DNA from: Mobula hypostoma
Taxonomy: Eukaryota
Direction: 5' to 3'
Length of the DNA stretch: 64,000 nt
NCBI RefSeq assembly: GCF_963921235.1
Contig: NC_086118.1
Location: 12,650,001-12,714,000, forward strand
The position numbers were made by a program, and so were the translations under genes. This document shows, piece by piece, positions 51,122-64,000 of the stretch (position 1 is the first letter of the stretch; every line of letters starts with the position of its first letter). The notes below the pieces were generated by a model. That model saw only the letters and a list, made by a program, of their open reading frames with translations. It ran no database searches and was not told the origin of the DNA.

Positions 51122-51329
51122 TTTAGCGCAGGGAGGTTTCAGATACAGTCATCCGTCCTGTAGTTCTTAAATGTCCAGTGTTGTTCTGCCGCCTGTTCGG
51201 AGCCCATCGTTTACCAATTTGTTGAAGCTCTCCGGTGTTCGCAGGTCCATCCGGTACATGTTGTGTCTGTGACTGGGGTTGCGGTTGTCTCAGATAGGAG
51301 GCAGCATTTCCTCGCTCTGAAATCCGCAG

Positions 51330-51382
<53 letters not shown>

Positions 51383-51560
51383 TCTCTCTCTCTCTCTCTC
51401 TCTCTCTTCCGCACTCTCTCGCTCCTTCTTCGTCTCGCACCCTCTCTCTGTCCCCCCTCTCTCTCTTTCTCTCTCCTCCCCCCACTCTTTCTTTCTCTTT
51501 CTGTCTCGTTATCCAAGCCTATCGTGCTCTGTTCATTCGACCATACCGAAATAAGCGCTG
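51122..51560 (-). promoter_or_regulatory. Putative 5' UTR / proximal promoter of the GSG1-like gene, with compound (GA)n(GT)n microsatellite
   Basis: Lies directly upstream of the ATG. It is TE-free and relatively CpG-rich. (CT)n/(CA)n run at ~51331-51500 on the + strand. The TSS cannot be determined. Confidence 0.5.
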
Positions 51561-54224
51561 GTCACACAAACCAGTGGAATTCAGCTCAGTGCAACAAGTT
51601 ATCCCACCTACCGACCCACGGTACTGTATATGGTACGGAGCCCCTTGGATGAATTAACATAGGCTCAGGTGTATGGACTCCTGCCTTACCAGAAAAGTGA
51701 TTCTCCTCAGCCAGTCTGCCAAGTAGTCTGTCATTTGAACCTGAACTGGCGCATTGGCATTGAGCGCGACTCTCAAAGCGTCCAGGTAAAACATCAAGAA
51801 AAAATCACAGACATCGTCTGCAACTCAAATTAAAACAGTTTAATAAAGTCTGTATATATAATTCTGGGAAGTTTGCTTTTATCGTATTTAAATATAAATG
51901 TGGAATTATGGATTATTCAGCAAATGACTGGAACTACAGACTCGCTAAGGAACTGGTGAATTTTAAGTTTCGACACTGGGTCGTGCTGTTCACCAAGTGG
52001 GAAGATTTGGAAGATCCTGTTGTTTTGGCTTCATTACGACTGTAAGGTTTGCATCGCCGAGGCGCATTACCCAGCCTCCGGTAGACCAAACACCGTAGAG
52101 CGATTAAACATTTTGTGTTGTCACTGGTTTCTGGAACTGGTCTTCTTAGGCCGTCTTGCGTGTTGGAGGGTATTTCCTTCCGCTCCAGTTCCCTGGGTTA
52201 GGGGTGACAGATGAGGCTAATGGCGAAAGCACACACACTTCCACTGGGTGAAGTAGGAGGTGCAAGTTCGGATGAATTGGTGGGTAGTTTGTGAGACGGA
52301 CTTAAATTGAGTTCATCCTGAGCATTTATGTTTAGAGGCCAGTATGAACTATGAGCTGTTCCCAGGGGCAGATACAGAGGCAGACATCAAGTCCCGTTGG
52401 AAGGTCATCGATTTAGTGAAAGATCCTCTTCAATCTGTTCGGTCTTCCAGCACGGTAACGTGTCCGTTAGGGAACACTGTCAAATGGCATATTCTAGGCG
52501 ACAGGAGTACCTGCTGAGAGACGCACTGAAGCAGGGCACTGCCAATGCTCAGGTTCCGTAGGGAAGGACCACAGTCTGGGCTCCTTCTACGACTGGACAT
52601 TGAGGGTTGAGTCTAGTGGGGAAGTCCCTCAAACACTGGGAGAGCGTATCACACCAAGGGGCCACATGAGAGGCAGCGGTGCTCGGTACAAAAAAAGACT
52701 GATAACAATTCCCAATGCATTGACCACATGACGCTAAGAAATTAATAACTTGGTTCTAAATGTGTTTTAAAATTTGTATGTGTTCCTTTATAATGAATAA
52801 AGTGCATTATTGTTATTACTGAAATACAAGAATACTCCTTCAGGAACTTAAGAACCTCCATGAGGTTTTCAGTACCATTGGTGTTCTTGTACTCTGAGCT
52901 GTCATGTACCAGAGATTCAAGGGAGTCAATGGGATGTTTCAATTCTTCCAGAAGGCTTTGTGTACATCCACGAATCGTTTTCTCTGTACACCTTTCTATT
53001 GCTTCCCACAAAACAACTCCAGAAAAAAAGACTTAATATCCCTATTTTAACACAGCAAGCCCCTATACAAAAAAGGATGATAATCAGATGCCATTGATTA
53101 ATGGTGTTTGAGCAACATGCAGAAGACAGTCCGGCACCTCTTCAAAATGATGGGTTAGAGGATGCTGGAGTACCTTGGGTCCCACACTAGCCTTTGACTG
53201 GGCTTGATGAGGAAGGTCTGTCCCAAGTATCCATTGTCAACTGATATCCAATGGTGCAGTACAAAGAGGTGTGGGTAACACTGAGCGATACCCGACTGTG
53301 ATCCAGGTCTCATCTCCACAATGCTAGACAATACCAGCTACTAATACTCAGCAAGGTTCAGCTTTCCTGTCAGTAGATTCCCAAGCTTCGCAGGACATGT
53401 ACAGAGGTTTGGAACAATTTAAATTAGTGCACCATGGGTCTCGTTGTCATCCAGCCCATTGTGGAAAGATCCTTCAAACCAAATCCGAAAATGCATGTCG
53501 GCTCTCCATTCACTTTATCTTCCACAAGTCAGCACTTTGGACAGCTAAGATAGCCTATGTGCTTTTGTTGGAGTTGTAAAGTGAGGCTTGAATGATTCAA
53601 CCTTCATGGTTCAGGTAAGGATACTTCCAAGTAGATCGGAGTCAAGGGGAAGGCAAGTGAAACTTTTGCTTTGCTTTCTGCCTCTAGAAAAATGAGTCAT
53701 ATTTTCTGTAAAATGTATTATAGAGAATTATACAGAATTAATATGTTTGAAACAAATCATTTAGCCCAATGGGCTTATCACAGTGCTTCTGGTCTAAATG
53801 AGCCTCCTCCCAGCCTACTTTAGCATGTTTGTTCTTCTTTTTTCTTTTCTTTTTTTTTCTTTTTCCTTTTTTCCTTTTTCCTTCACGTACATCATTTCCT
53901 TTCAAATGAACTTTATCACTACTCTCTAAGTATATCTATTTTGTTCTCTGTATATCTAATTCAACTTATTGTCTAAGTGGTTGTCTAGCATTTATTGGTA
54001 AATTGTCACATGTACTGAAGTAAAAACCTTTTTTTTGCTTGCTATCAAACAGATCTTTTCATCATATTGGTACATTGAGGTAGTTCAAAGGGAGAAGCAG
54101 TAACTTCAGAATACAGTGTTGCAGTTATGGACAAAATGCCGTGCAGGCAGATAATAAGGTACAAGGCCATGATGAAGGAGATTGGTCAAGGGTTCATGTT
54201 ATCATTCATGACTTCTTATCATTA

Positions 54225-56180
54225 AAAGCATCAACAGCAAGGGTGGCAAAAGCCAGCTTTGGATAACTAAGGAAACAAAATAAGGCATCGTATTAAAACC
54301 CTATGCATACAAATTGCCAAGAGTAGTGGAAACTGGAAGAGTGGGAAAACTTTAAAAAGTAACACAGACTCTAAGCAAAGGAAAGGGAAGATAAATTATA
54401 AAAGTAAACAACACAAAATGTAAACAAAAATCAGATAGTAAACAGGAAAGTGTGGCTAAGTGAACATATGTCCCTTGGAAGATGAGAAGAGGGAATTAAT
54501 ATTGGGCTGAGACCTTGAATGATTATTTTCTGTTGGTATTCATGGTGAAGGTTGAACCTAACATGCCGAAGAGAAGCATTAAGGATGTAATGGGACGTGA
54601 GGACCTCAATGTAATAGCTGCCACTAAAGAAGTAGTGATGAGCAAACTAGTGTGCATAAAATGTAGAGAAGTCCCTTGGACTTAATGGGATTCATCTCAG
54701 GGCACTGAAAGTAATGGCAGAAGTTACAGCAGATGCATTTGTGATAACTTACCAAAATTCTCTGGATCCTAATCAGATTGGAAGACAGTAAATGTCACAC
54801 CATTATTTAATTAAGGATGTAGGCAAAAGGCAGATAACTATAGACCTATTAGTTTAACATTTGTTGTCAGGAAAATGCTTAAAGCTATCATTAGCTAAGA
54901 AATAGCAATGCATCTGAACAGAAATGTGAATAGCATTAGACAGTCAGAGCATTGATTCATGAAGGGCCAGTTCTGTTTGTCATATTTACTGGAGTTCTTT
55001 GGGGACTGAAAATGAGCATAGGAGATAGAGGTATACAGGTGGACGTTGTATACTTGGATTTTCAGAAGGCATTCAATAAAGTGCTGCATAAAGGACTTAT
55101 CCATAATGGAGGTGGGATGAATATATTAGCATGGATGGAGGATTGGTTAACCAATAGGAGGCAAGAATTGGGAAAAATGGGTGTTTCTCTGGTTGACAAT
55201 CAGTGGTGAGCTCAGTGACGAGTCAATTCTTGGCCCGCAACTGTTCACAATATACATTAACAATTTTAAAGAGTGGACCGAATGTATCATAAGTTTGCTC
55301 AAGATACTAAATTGAGTGGAAAAGCAAACTGTGCAGGAGGGATGCAGATTCTGCAGAAGGATATAGATAGGTAACTAAGTCAGCAAGGGTATGGCAGATA
55401 GAGTACAATGTTTCTAAATGTAAGGTCATTCACTTTCCAAGGAAAGTTAAAATACCTGATTTTTTCTTAATGGCAAAAGATTGTGACTGTTTTGCGGAGA
55501 TTTTTGGGAGTGCATTTGCATGAATCACAAAAGTTTACTTTACAGGGGTAACAGGTTATCTAGAAGGCCATTATTGCTCAAATTGAATTTAAGAGCACGG
55601 AGGTTATATTGCAAATGTACAGGACACTGGTGAGGCCACACCTGAGGTACTGCATGCAGTTTCAATCTCCTTACTTGAGGAAAGATATACTGGCTTTGAA
55701 GATAGTGTAGAGGAGGCTTACCAGGACGATTCAGGAGACCAAAATATTGGCCTATGAGAAGAGATTGAGGCATCTGGGACTATACCCACTGGAATTCAGA
55801 AGAATGAGAGTGGATCTTAAAGAAACATTAAATTATGGAAGGGATAGATAAGACAGCGGTGGTGAACTGTTTCCACAGGTAAGTGAGACTAGAGCAAGGG
55901 AACATAGCCTTAAAAATCATGGGAGTAGATTTAGGATGATGAGATTTTCCCACAGTGTACTGAATCTGTGGATTTCTCTGTCCAGGGAAGCAGTAGAGGC
56001 GACTTCATTAAATATATTTAAGACCAGTTAGATAGATTTTTGTAAAGCAGGGAAGTTAAGGGTTGTGGGGTAGGTGGAGCTGATTCCGTGGCCAGATAAG
56101 CCACGATCTTATTGAATGGCAGAGCTGGCTCGACGGGCCAGATGGGCTACTCCTGCACCTATTTCTTAAGTTCTTATGCA
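54225..56180 (+). mobile_element. Degenerate CR1 ORF2 fragment inserted in a Rex-like remnant
   Basis: VDVVYLDFQKAFNKV and NYRPISL remnants; CR1 3' end CTACTCCTGCACCTATTTCTT. Confidence 0.8.
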
Positions 56181-56583
56181 AGAGATCCATTCAATAGTCT
56201 TATCACAGTAGGGGAGAAGCTGTTTTGAGCCTGGTAGCATGTGGTTTCAGGCTTTTGCATTTTCTGTCCAATGGGAACTAGTGTGAAGTGAAGAAGTGCA
56301 GGATATGAGGAGTTTTTGATTATGTCAGCTGCTTTACTGAGGCAGCAAGAAGTATAAACTTGTTTAAAAGATTGCTGGAGATAATGAACTGAGGAAAGCT
56401 GTTTTTATTCTGTCTTAGCTACATTTAAAATCTGCCACGAATGGTCCAAGTCAATTGATCAACCCTATGCACAAGTGAAAGAATGGAAATCTGAAATGAA
56501 AGCATAGAATCTTAGGATACTTTTCAGATCAGGCAGCATCTGCGGAAAGAGAAACAGGATCAGCATTTCAGTTTATTGTCAAG

Positions 56584-56740
56584 ATCATCATCCTCATCAT
56601 CATCAGGTGCCGTGCCCAGTTTGAGCTTTGACTGCCATGGTCACACACTCCTGTTTCAGGTCAAGAGGATCAATTCATTGGTATTCATTTCCTGTTCTCT
56701 ATCTGCTGTCACCATCATTATTTGTCTTTGTCTTCCTCTT
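56584..56740 (-). mobile_element. RTE LINE 3' end
   Basis: Reverse-complement match to ~29910-30080 with (GAT)n tail. Confidence 0.8.
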
Positions 56741-56964
56741 GATATCAAGATAACAGATACAAATAGGGAAATGAGCTGTGTGGGATGGTCCAAGATTACA
56801 ATAGGATGCAACATTAAAATGATTTTGTTTTGTTGAACTGAGGCATTGGAATTGTTCTCCAGTTCATCTGCTTATCTCTAAGCTCTCTCATGTTAGACAT
56901 TGCCCAGATATCAATGCTTCAAGCTGACAGTTCCATTTTAGCCAGAAACATGTATTTTATCATC

Positions 56965-57520
56965 CTGAAAGTCAAAGTCAAAGTCAAGTTTATTCTCATA
57001 TACACAAATACATCTATAGACAGGAGCAATGAAAAAATTACTTGCAATAACATCACAGGCATATACCATCAGATAAGCAGCATTCAGATGAAAAAAATGT
57101 AAATGAATCATAAATTATACATTGGTTTACAAGAAGGGATGTAATTAGAGCAAACAAACAAAGTCTATTGTAGTGTAAAATGATCCAAGTGGTCATAGTG
57201 TTACCGTACAGAGGTAGTGATTAGAGTTGTGCCAGCTGGTTCAAGAACTGAATGGCTGAAGGGAAGTAGTTGTTTTTGAAACTGGTGGACTTCAGTCTTC
57301 AGTACTTCCTGCCCCTGGTAGGAGGTAGCTGCAGAAGATATCATGGCCCATATGGTGAGGATTTTTGATAATCAATGTCACCTTCTTGAGACAGCACAGT
57401 ATGTAGATTCTTCCAGTAGTGGGAAGAGATGTGCCCCCAGTGTATTGGGCTGAGCGCACTGCTGTCTCCATTCCTGCTGATTTGAATTGCCATACCAGAC
57501 CACAATGCAGCCTGCCCTAT
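56965..57520 (-). mobile_element. Degenerate Rex/Babar-like 3' fragment
   Basis: (AAAGTC)n tail followed by TTTATT; similar to 3900-4050. Confidence 0.6.
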
Positions 57521-58188
57521 TCTTCCTGCTAAATAGAAGAAAAATTAGGGAAATTATTTGGAGAAAGGAGCTATCCTAGTTTTTCAGGGACTCTAAATCA
57601 GACCCATTACTATTCCAGCTTCTGAATACTTGGAAAATGCTGCAAAAAAAATCACCAGATCAAGGAACATTGTGCAAAGAGAAACAGCAAGAATCTTTAA
57701 AGTCTACAATTATGACTAAGAGACATAGGACCAAAACCTTGACTGTGTCTCTCTTTGCAGATGCTGTCTGACCTGCTGAGGTTCTTCAGCATTTTCTGTT
57801 TTTATTTCAGAGCTCCAGCATATATATAAAATTCAGTTGTGCATATATGGTTCTTTCAGCTTCTTGTAGGATTTTCTGAGAACATTCCTGCCATTTGGGA
57901 AGCAGCAGATGTCTTTGTACCATTCACCAAGTGGTGGATCAGCTTCTTGCTTCCACTGACGAACAAAGCAGTGCAATACAAAGTTTTCTTATTTTAGTGA
58001 ATTTTCAAGATACTCCAACAAGAAGACTTGTTGCTTCCATTTGGGAGCAGACTGCTGTATCACGGAATCTGAACAATGCTACTGACGAAGGCATCAGTTT
58101 GCTGCCCCACCAAAGCTGACCACAGCAGTGCAGTCTGAATGTGGAGCCTGGTGAATGTGTGGTTCTGGGAGACTACCAGTGATATGGT

Positions 58189-58847
58189 ATGCGAATGGTA
58201 TGCTGGCATTTATAGCGAGAGGATTCGAGTACAGGAGCAGGGAGGTACTACTGCAGTTGTACAAGGCCTTGGTGAGACCACACCTGGAGTATTGTGTGCA
58301 GTTTTGGTCCCCTAATCTGAGGAAAGACATCTTTGCCATAGAGAGAGTACAAAGAAGGTTCACCAGATTGATTCCTGGGATGGCAGGACTTTCATATGAA
58401 GAAAGACTGGATGAATTGGGCTTGTACTCATTGGAATTTAGAAGATTGAGGGAGGATCTGATTGAAACGTATAAGATACTAAAGGGATTGGACAGGCTAG
58501 ATGCAGGAAGATTGTTCCCGATGTTGGGGAAGTCCAGAACGAGGGGTCACAGTTTGAGGATAGAGGGGAAGCCTTTTAGGACCGAGATTAGGAAAAACTT
58601 CTTCACACAGAGAGTGATGAATCTGTGGAATTCTCTGCCACAGGAAACAGTTGAGGCCAGTTCATTGGCTATATTTAAGAGGGAGTTAGATATGGTCCTT
58701 GTGGCTAGGGGGATCAGAGGGTATGGAGGGAAGGCTGGTGCAGGGTTCTGAGTTGGATGATCAGCCATGATCATAATAAATGGCGGTGCAGGCTCGAAGG
58801 GCTGAATGGCCTACTCCTGCACCTATTTTCTATGTTTCTATGTTTCT
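58189..58847 (+). mobile_element. Young CR1 3' fragment with 7-bp TSD
   Basis: Same subfamily as 16047 and 24535. ATATGGT is present at 58182-58188 and 58848-58854. Confidence 0.9.
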
Positions 58848-58954
58848 ATATGGTGAAGCATATGTGCCCAGACTGCATTCACTGAGCCCCAAGATGGTGC
58901 AGTTGGCAGCTGGATCGCTGAGACTTAGAGTTGATTGCAGTCCTCCACTTTCAC

Positions 58955-59590
58955 GGAGTGCTATGGTAGTGTGACAGTTAGCATAATGCTTTACAGCACC
59001 AGTGATTTGGGTTAACTGTTAACAGACTGCTGTCTGTTAACAGTTTGTACACTCTTGTTATGACTGTGTGGCTTTCCTCTGTGTGTTCGAGTTTCCTCAT
59101 ACATCCCAAAGACTTGCAGGCTAGCGTTAGTGATTTGTGAGCATGCTATCTTGACAACAGAAGCATGGTGACACTTGCAGGCTGCCCCCAGCACATCATC
59201 TGACTGTGTTGGTCATTGACGCAAATGGCATATTGAACTGTATCTTTCAATGTTTCGACGTACGTGTGACAAGTAAAGCTAATCTTTTATTTCATTTGAT
59301 TTTTTATTGACATACAGCATGGAATAGCCCTTTCCAGCCCTCTGAGCCACACCACCAACAACCCCCTGAATTTTAATCCTAGCCTAATTATGAGAAATTT
59401 TACAATGACCAGTTATCCTACCAACCGGTATGTCTTTGGACTGTGGGAGGAAACTGGAGCCCCTGGGGGAAACCCACACAGACAGCTGCAGGGGGAGAAT
59501 GTACAAACTCATTGCAGGCAGCAGCAGGATTTGAACCTGGGTCGCTGGTACGGTAAAGCATTGTGCTCACAACACTACTGAGCCACCCAT
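58955..59590. mobile_element. Two tail-to-tail V-SINE-like copies (+ ~58955-59290; - ~59300-59590)
   Basis: tRNA-like heads and V-domain-like GTTTCCTCCCACAGTCCAAAGAC on opposite strands. Confidence 0.65.
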
Positions 59591-60723
59591 GGTATCCTTG
59601 CAGGTGCTGCAATTCAAAGTGAATGGTCTTCCATCAGCTGGCTTCCACTGTAGTTGCCCAGAAATAGAAATATTGGAAAGCTTAGCTGGAAAGATAACAC
59701 TAACTGAAATATTGGAATACTTAGTTAACATAATTTCTAAGCCAATTAGTTACATTTGACTTTAATAGATAAAAATAAAATCTGTCCATTTAAATCTTTT
59801 AACCAATTTGTTTCTGCCTAGATGCTTTAATAAACCATGCAGATGTGTGGTGGGTGGGAAGCTTTGAAAGAAAACAGAATCTACATGGTGCCAAGCTCTT
59901 TGTGTGGGTGACCTTTATCTAGTTAATGTATGCTTGTGAAAGAAGGCACATTGTGGCCGTGACATTTCTGTTTAGCATCTGCAGATGGGGACGGTGCCAG
60001 ATTGGTTGAGCTACCAGACTGGCAGTCAGCGTTCTGGTCCATTGATGCAGAGGCATGAGATTTGAATCACACAGCAGAGCTGGGGAATTTAAATTTGGGG
60101 AATTAAACATTTTTGAAATTTACAAAAACAAAAATAGTTTCAGAACAATAGCTCCTGTATAAAAAGTTCTGGATCACTAAAATCCTCAGGTCAAGAAAAC
60201 TCCTTTCCTTACTTGATCAGGCCAACATATGTATCCAGATCAACTGATGTTGTAGAATCTTATCTGCCCGCTCAATGTCGAGATAATTAGTGACCGTCTA
60301 TAAATTTCAGCCTTGTCAGCACGGTTAACATCCCAGAATGAATGAAAAAACAAGATCAATGTGCTGTAGAGTGCTCAGAGTTGACAGTTAGCAGTGAAAT
60401 ATGAGGTAGAGATTAGATATGTGGATTTGGACCAGAGGCTTTGAAAGTGCTCGCACTGTCTTGTTAACTTGCTCTCCAGCTTTTCTCCAAGTAATTTATT
60501 ACTCTGGGATCAGATCAGAGGAAATTCGGGCCTTCTCTAGACTGGCACCATCTGACAACATTGTTGGAGAATCATATTTAGACAGAAGGCATGTTGCTCA
60601 CTATCGACCTTGTTATGATCTTGCACTTTATTGTTTACCAGCACTGCACTTTTTCAGTAGCTCTTACGCTTTATTCTGCATTGTTATTGTCTTACCTTGT
60701 TCTAGTTCAATGCAAGGTATAAT

Positions 60724-60840
60724 TGTTATGTTTTGTAACTTCAAAACATTAAACTAATCAAAGGAAGTCACAGGAGTCCAAAGTGCAGGTCTATGTATAC
60801 ACAATTCCTCAAATATAACTGAAATATTAAATACACAACA
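60724..60840. mobile_element. Internally deleted copy of the 26415-26663 TG..CA element
   Basis: Same termini, TGTTATGTTTTGTAACTTCAAAACATT and ACTGAAATATTAAATACACAACA. Imperfect TSD ATAAT/GTAAT. Confidence 0.75.
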
Positions 60841-61040
60841 GTAATAAGTATTTGTATGAACAGTATGCAAGACATGCATTTCACTGTATCTTGGTACATA
60901 CGACAATAATAAACCAATACCAATATCCATGCAGGTGAAGGCACCATGATGGTGATGTCATCAGGTAGGGGAGATAGTACTCATTTACATTATGCAAGGT
61001 AAACTATCTTTGCATCATGTGCCCATTCAAAGCTCAACAT

Positions 61041-61169
61041 AAACACGAGGAATTCTGCAGATGCTGGAAATTCAAGCAACACACATCAAAGTTGCTGGTG
61101 AACACAGCAGGTCAGGCAGCATCTCTAGGAAGAGGTACAGTCGACGTTTCAGGCCGGGACCCTTCGTCA
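61041..61169 (-). mobile_element. Short Penelope terminus truncated at the hammerhead core
   Basis: Near-identical to the reverse complement of ~1603-1730. Confidence 0.85.
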
Positions 61170-62767
61170 CTCATTTTTGCTAAAGGATGTGGAATAACAG
61201 GAAGTGATGCTACTGCTGAGAGGTAATATTTCCACGGAATGGACATCGTTCCTCTTGGCTACAATGGTGGTCCTTTAGAATGTACCAATAAAGCCTCCAT
61301 CAAATATTCTAGGCTATAATGTATTAGAAAACGGGACACCCAAACTGCCTAAGGGAGTGCAGTAGCTTGCATTCTTAATAATCTCCATTCCTTGCATGGG
61401 TAAAGTCTAGGGTCAGAGCATCTGATAGGCCTTGAACTGTCCTTCAAGCTTGAATGCTCATCACAGCCACAGTAATCTGCAAAAAGTTAAGGAAGGAACA
61501 AAGTCCCATACGCCACTGATGCCTCTGATAAGAAGTGCCTCTGGTTTCACGCTGCAGCTAATAACCTGGCAACTAATATTTTAATGCAGACACTGAGTGT
61601 GTTGGGGCGAGGCTCAGAGAGTCAGACTAATGTTAATCTGCTCTGCCCCATAACAAGGAAATCAAGTGTGTGGATGATTATTCAGTACAAGAATGAAAAC
61701 CTTAATCCTAGCATTTCTCTCCAAGGGTCCTTAAGAAACCTATTGATTCCACCTAATTATTCTTCTGGATACAGTATATTGAAAAATTATCATAAGGAAA
61801 GTTGCTATGTTTGGCAAGGTTATGAAGTATTCAGCAAATGATAATGAAACTCCTTTTTACTAGACGTCTATAGAAACACAGCTTGCTAACAGCCACTGGA
61901 CCCAGAGGTGAGAAAACGCTGTGCATCTAGGGTCTGTATGACTTGGGTCCCACCAGCTGGGAAGTTGGGAAGCTTCAATCACCCAAGCTGTGAAAAAAAC
62001 CACGTAAATACTGCCCCCACGCAATTAGCTGTTGGCAAGAAATAACAGATTGTACACTGCATATAATTATAAAAAATTATATTTACAAATTTCAGCTTTA
62101 TCGAACAGTTAGTAGGAAAAATAAAAATAAAAAATAAAAGGGTGCATTGCAGTTAACCCAGTCCAAAATTGCACATGAAGTTGGAGGTCATGTTGAATTT
62201 GTCTTTAACTCACTTGCTGTACCCACAGTCTGCATGAAAGCACACACTATCTTCTGAACATCCTGCTTGACACCATTCAACTGTACAAAGCACCCTGTGC
62301 AACTGGGACGGCATCTTCAGCCATCTTCTTCCTGTCTTTTCCCAGCTGCCACCAAAAGAATCTCAACCCACACCAGTGTCTGTCACAAAACCTCTTCACC
62401 CAGCTTGCTCTAGAACCTTCTCCCAATTCCACCATCCTGATTGGGTGACACAGCATTCACAAACCCTTAGAAACCCAAACCATCAGCAGAACACACTGCT
62501 TCCACAGAAAACTGTTACGTGAAATACCTTTCAGCATTACAGTAAATTCTTAACCAGGGTGTTATAATAATGAAGTATCTAAGTTTCTAGGAAAGGTACT
62601 GTAAGAGATTCCTGAGTGATAAAAACACCCAATGTGAGGACACTGGTGACACCCTTCACTCCACGCTCCCATGCTTCTCATTGTAAATACACTTCGCTGT
62701 ATCAGTCACAGCATGGACAGAAATCAAGAATCAGAGAGGAAGTTGTTGTTGAAAGTTATTTATTTAT

Positions 62768-63157
62768 ATACACACATTCTTTTTCTCTCTCTCCTTTTTC
62801 TCCCTCTGTCCCCCTCACTATACCCCTTGCCCATCCTCTGGGCTTTCCCCCCCTTCCCCTTTTCTTTCTCCCTAGGCCTCCTGTCCCATGATCCTCTCAT
62901 ATCTCCTTTGTCAATCACCTGTCCAGCTCTTGGCTGCATCCCTCCCCGTCCTGTCTTCTCCTATCATTTTGGATCTCCCCCTCCCCCTCCCACTTTCTAA
63001 GCTCTTACTCACTCTTCCTTCAGTTAGTCCTGATGAAGGCTCTCGGCCCGAAACGTCAACTGTATCTCTACCTAGAGATGCTGCCTGGCCTGCTGCATTC
63101 ACCAGCAACTTTTATGTGTGTTGCTTGAAATTCCAGCATCTGCAGATTTCCTCGTGT
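62768..63157 (+). mobile_element. Penelope 3' terminus with hammerhead motif (63026-63061)
   Basis: Similar to 1345-1727. Motif AGTC-CTGATGA-AGGCTCTCGGCCC-GAAA-CGTC-AACT. Confidence 0.85.
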
Positions 63158-63165
63158 CAGAAAGA

Positions 63166-64000
63166 AATAGTCATAGTCAGAGTCATAGTCATACTTTATT
63201 GATCCCGGGGGAAATTGGTTTTCCTTACAGTTGCACCATAAATAATAAATAGTAATACAACCATAAATAGTTAAATAGTAATATGTAAATTATGCCAGGA
63301 AATAAGTCCAGGACCAGCCTATTGGCTCAGGGTGTCTGACCGTCCAAGGGAGGAGTTGTAAAGTTCGATGGCCACAGGCAGGAATGACTTCCTATGACGC
63401 TCTGTGTTGCATCTCGGTGGAATGAGTCTCTGGCTGAATGTACTCCTGTGCCCACCCAGTACATTATGTAGTGGATGGGAGACATTGACCAAGATGGTAT
63501 GCAACTTAGACAGCATCGTCTTTTCAGACACCACTGTCAGAGAGTCCAGTTCCATCCCCACAACATCACTGGCCTTACGAATGAGTTTGTTGATTCTGTT
63601 GGTGTCTGCTACCCTCAGCCTGCTGCCCCAGCACACAACAGCAAACATGATCGCACTGGCCACCACAGACTCGTAGAACATCCTCAGCATCGTCCGGCAG
63701 ATGTTAAAGGAAATAGAGATGACTCTGACCCTTCTTGTAGACAGCCTCGGTGTTCTTTGACCAGTCCAGTTTATTGTCAATTCGTATCCCTAGGTATTTG
63801 TAATCCTCCACCATGTCCACACTGACCCGCTGGATGGAAACAGGCATCACCGGTACCTTAGCTCTCCTCAGGTCTACCACCAGCTCCTTAGCCTTTTTCA
63901 CATTAAGCTGCAGATAATTCTGCTCACACCATGTGACAAAGTTTCCTACAGTAGCCCTGTACTCAGCCTCATCTCCCTTGCTGATGCATCCAACTATGGC
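63166..64000 (-). mobile_element. Rex/Babar-like LINE 3' region, running off the window
   Basis: KELVVDLRR, YKYLGIRIDNKLDW and MFYESVVASAIMFAVVCWG motifs; (GACTAT)n tail. Confidence 0.88.

Noticed and set aside
51123..51485. 120-aa ORF upstream of exon 1, and the antisense ORF 51263-51652
   Set aside because: Both are translations of the (GA)n/(CT)n microsatellite. The minus-strand ORF stops before the real ATG.
62040..62570. Possible additional degenerate solo LTR
   Set aside because: Termini and TSD could not be defined from the sequence.

Overview
Vertebrate nuclear DNA, most likely from a cartilaginous fish (ray or shark). This is inferred from the repeat spectrum: CR1 LINEs, Neptune-type Penelope elements, V-SINEs, Rex/Babar and RTE LINEs. 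One host gene is supported, a GSG1-like claudin-superfamily tetraspan gene (best fit gsg1l2) on the minus strand. Its coding exons 1-3 are at 50821-51121, 49455-49502 and 20191-20343, with canonical GT-AG phase-1 introns of 1.3 kb and 29 kb. Exon 4 was not found and probably lies left of the window. Nearly everything else is nested transposable-element debris. The most notable signals are: (i) many minimal hammerhead-ribozyme motifs carried by Penelope 3' ends, some with intact cores in the sense orientation of the pre-mRNA; (ii) repeated ~190-bp fold-back elements made of two inverted Penelope termini; (iii) an end-trimmed LTR flanked by a 203-bp direct duplication with a templated filler; (iv) a near-identical inverted CR1 pair bracketing exon 3; (v) three overlapping uORFs upstream of the gene start; and (vi) an RTE/CR1 micro-chimera. 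Repeat boundaries without a stated TSD or TIR are approximate.
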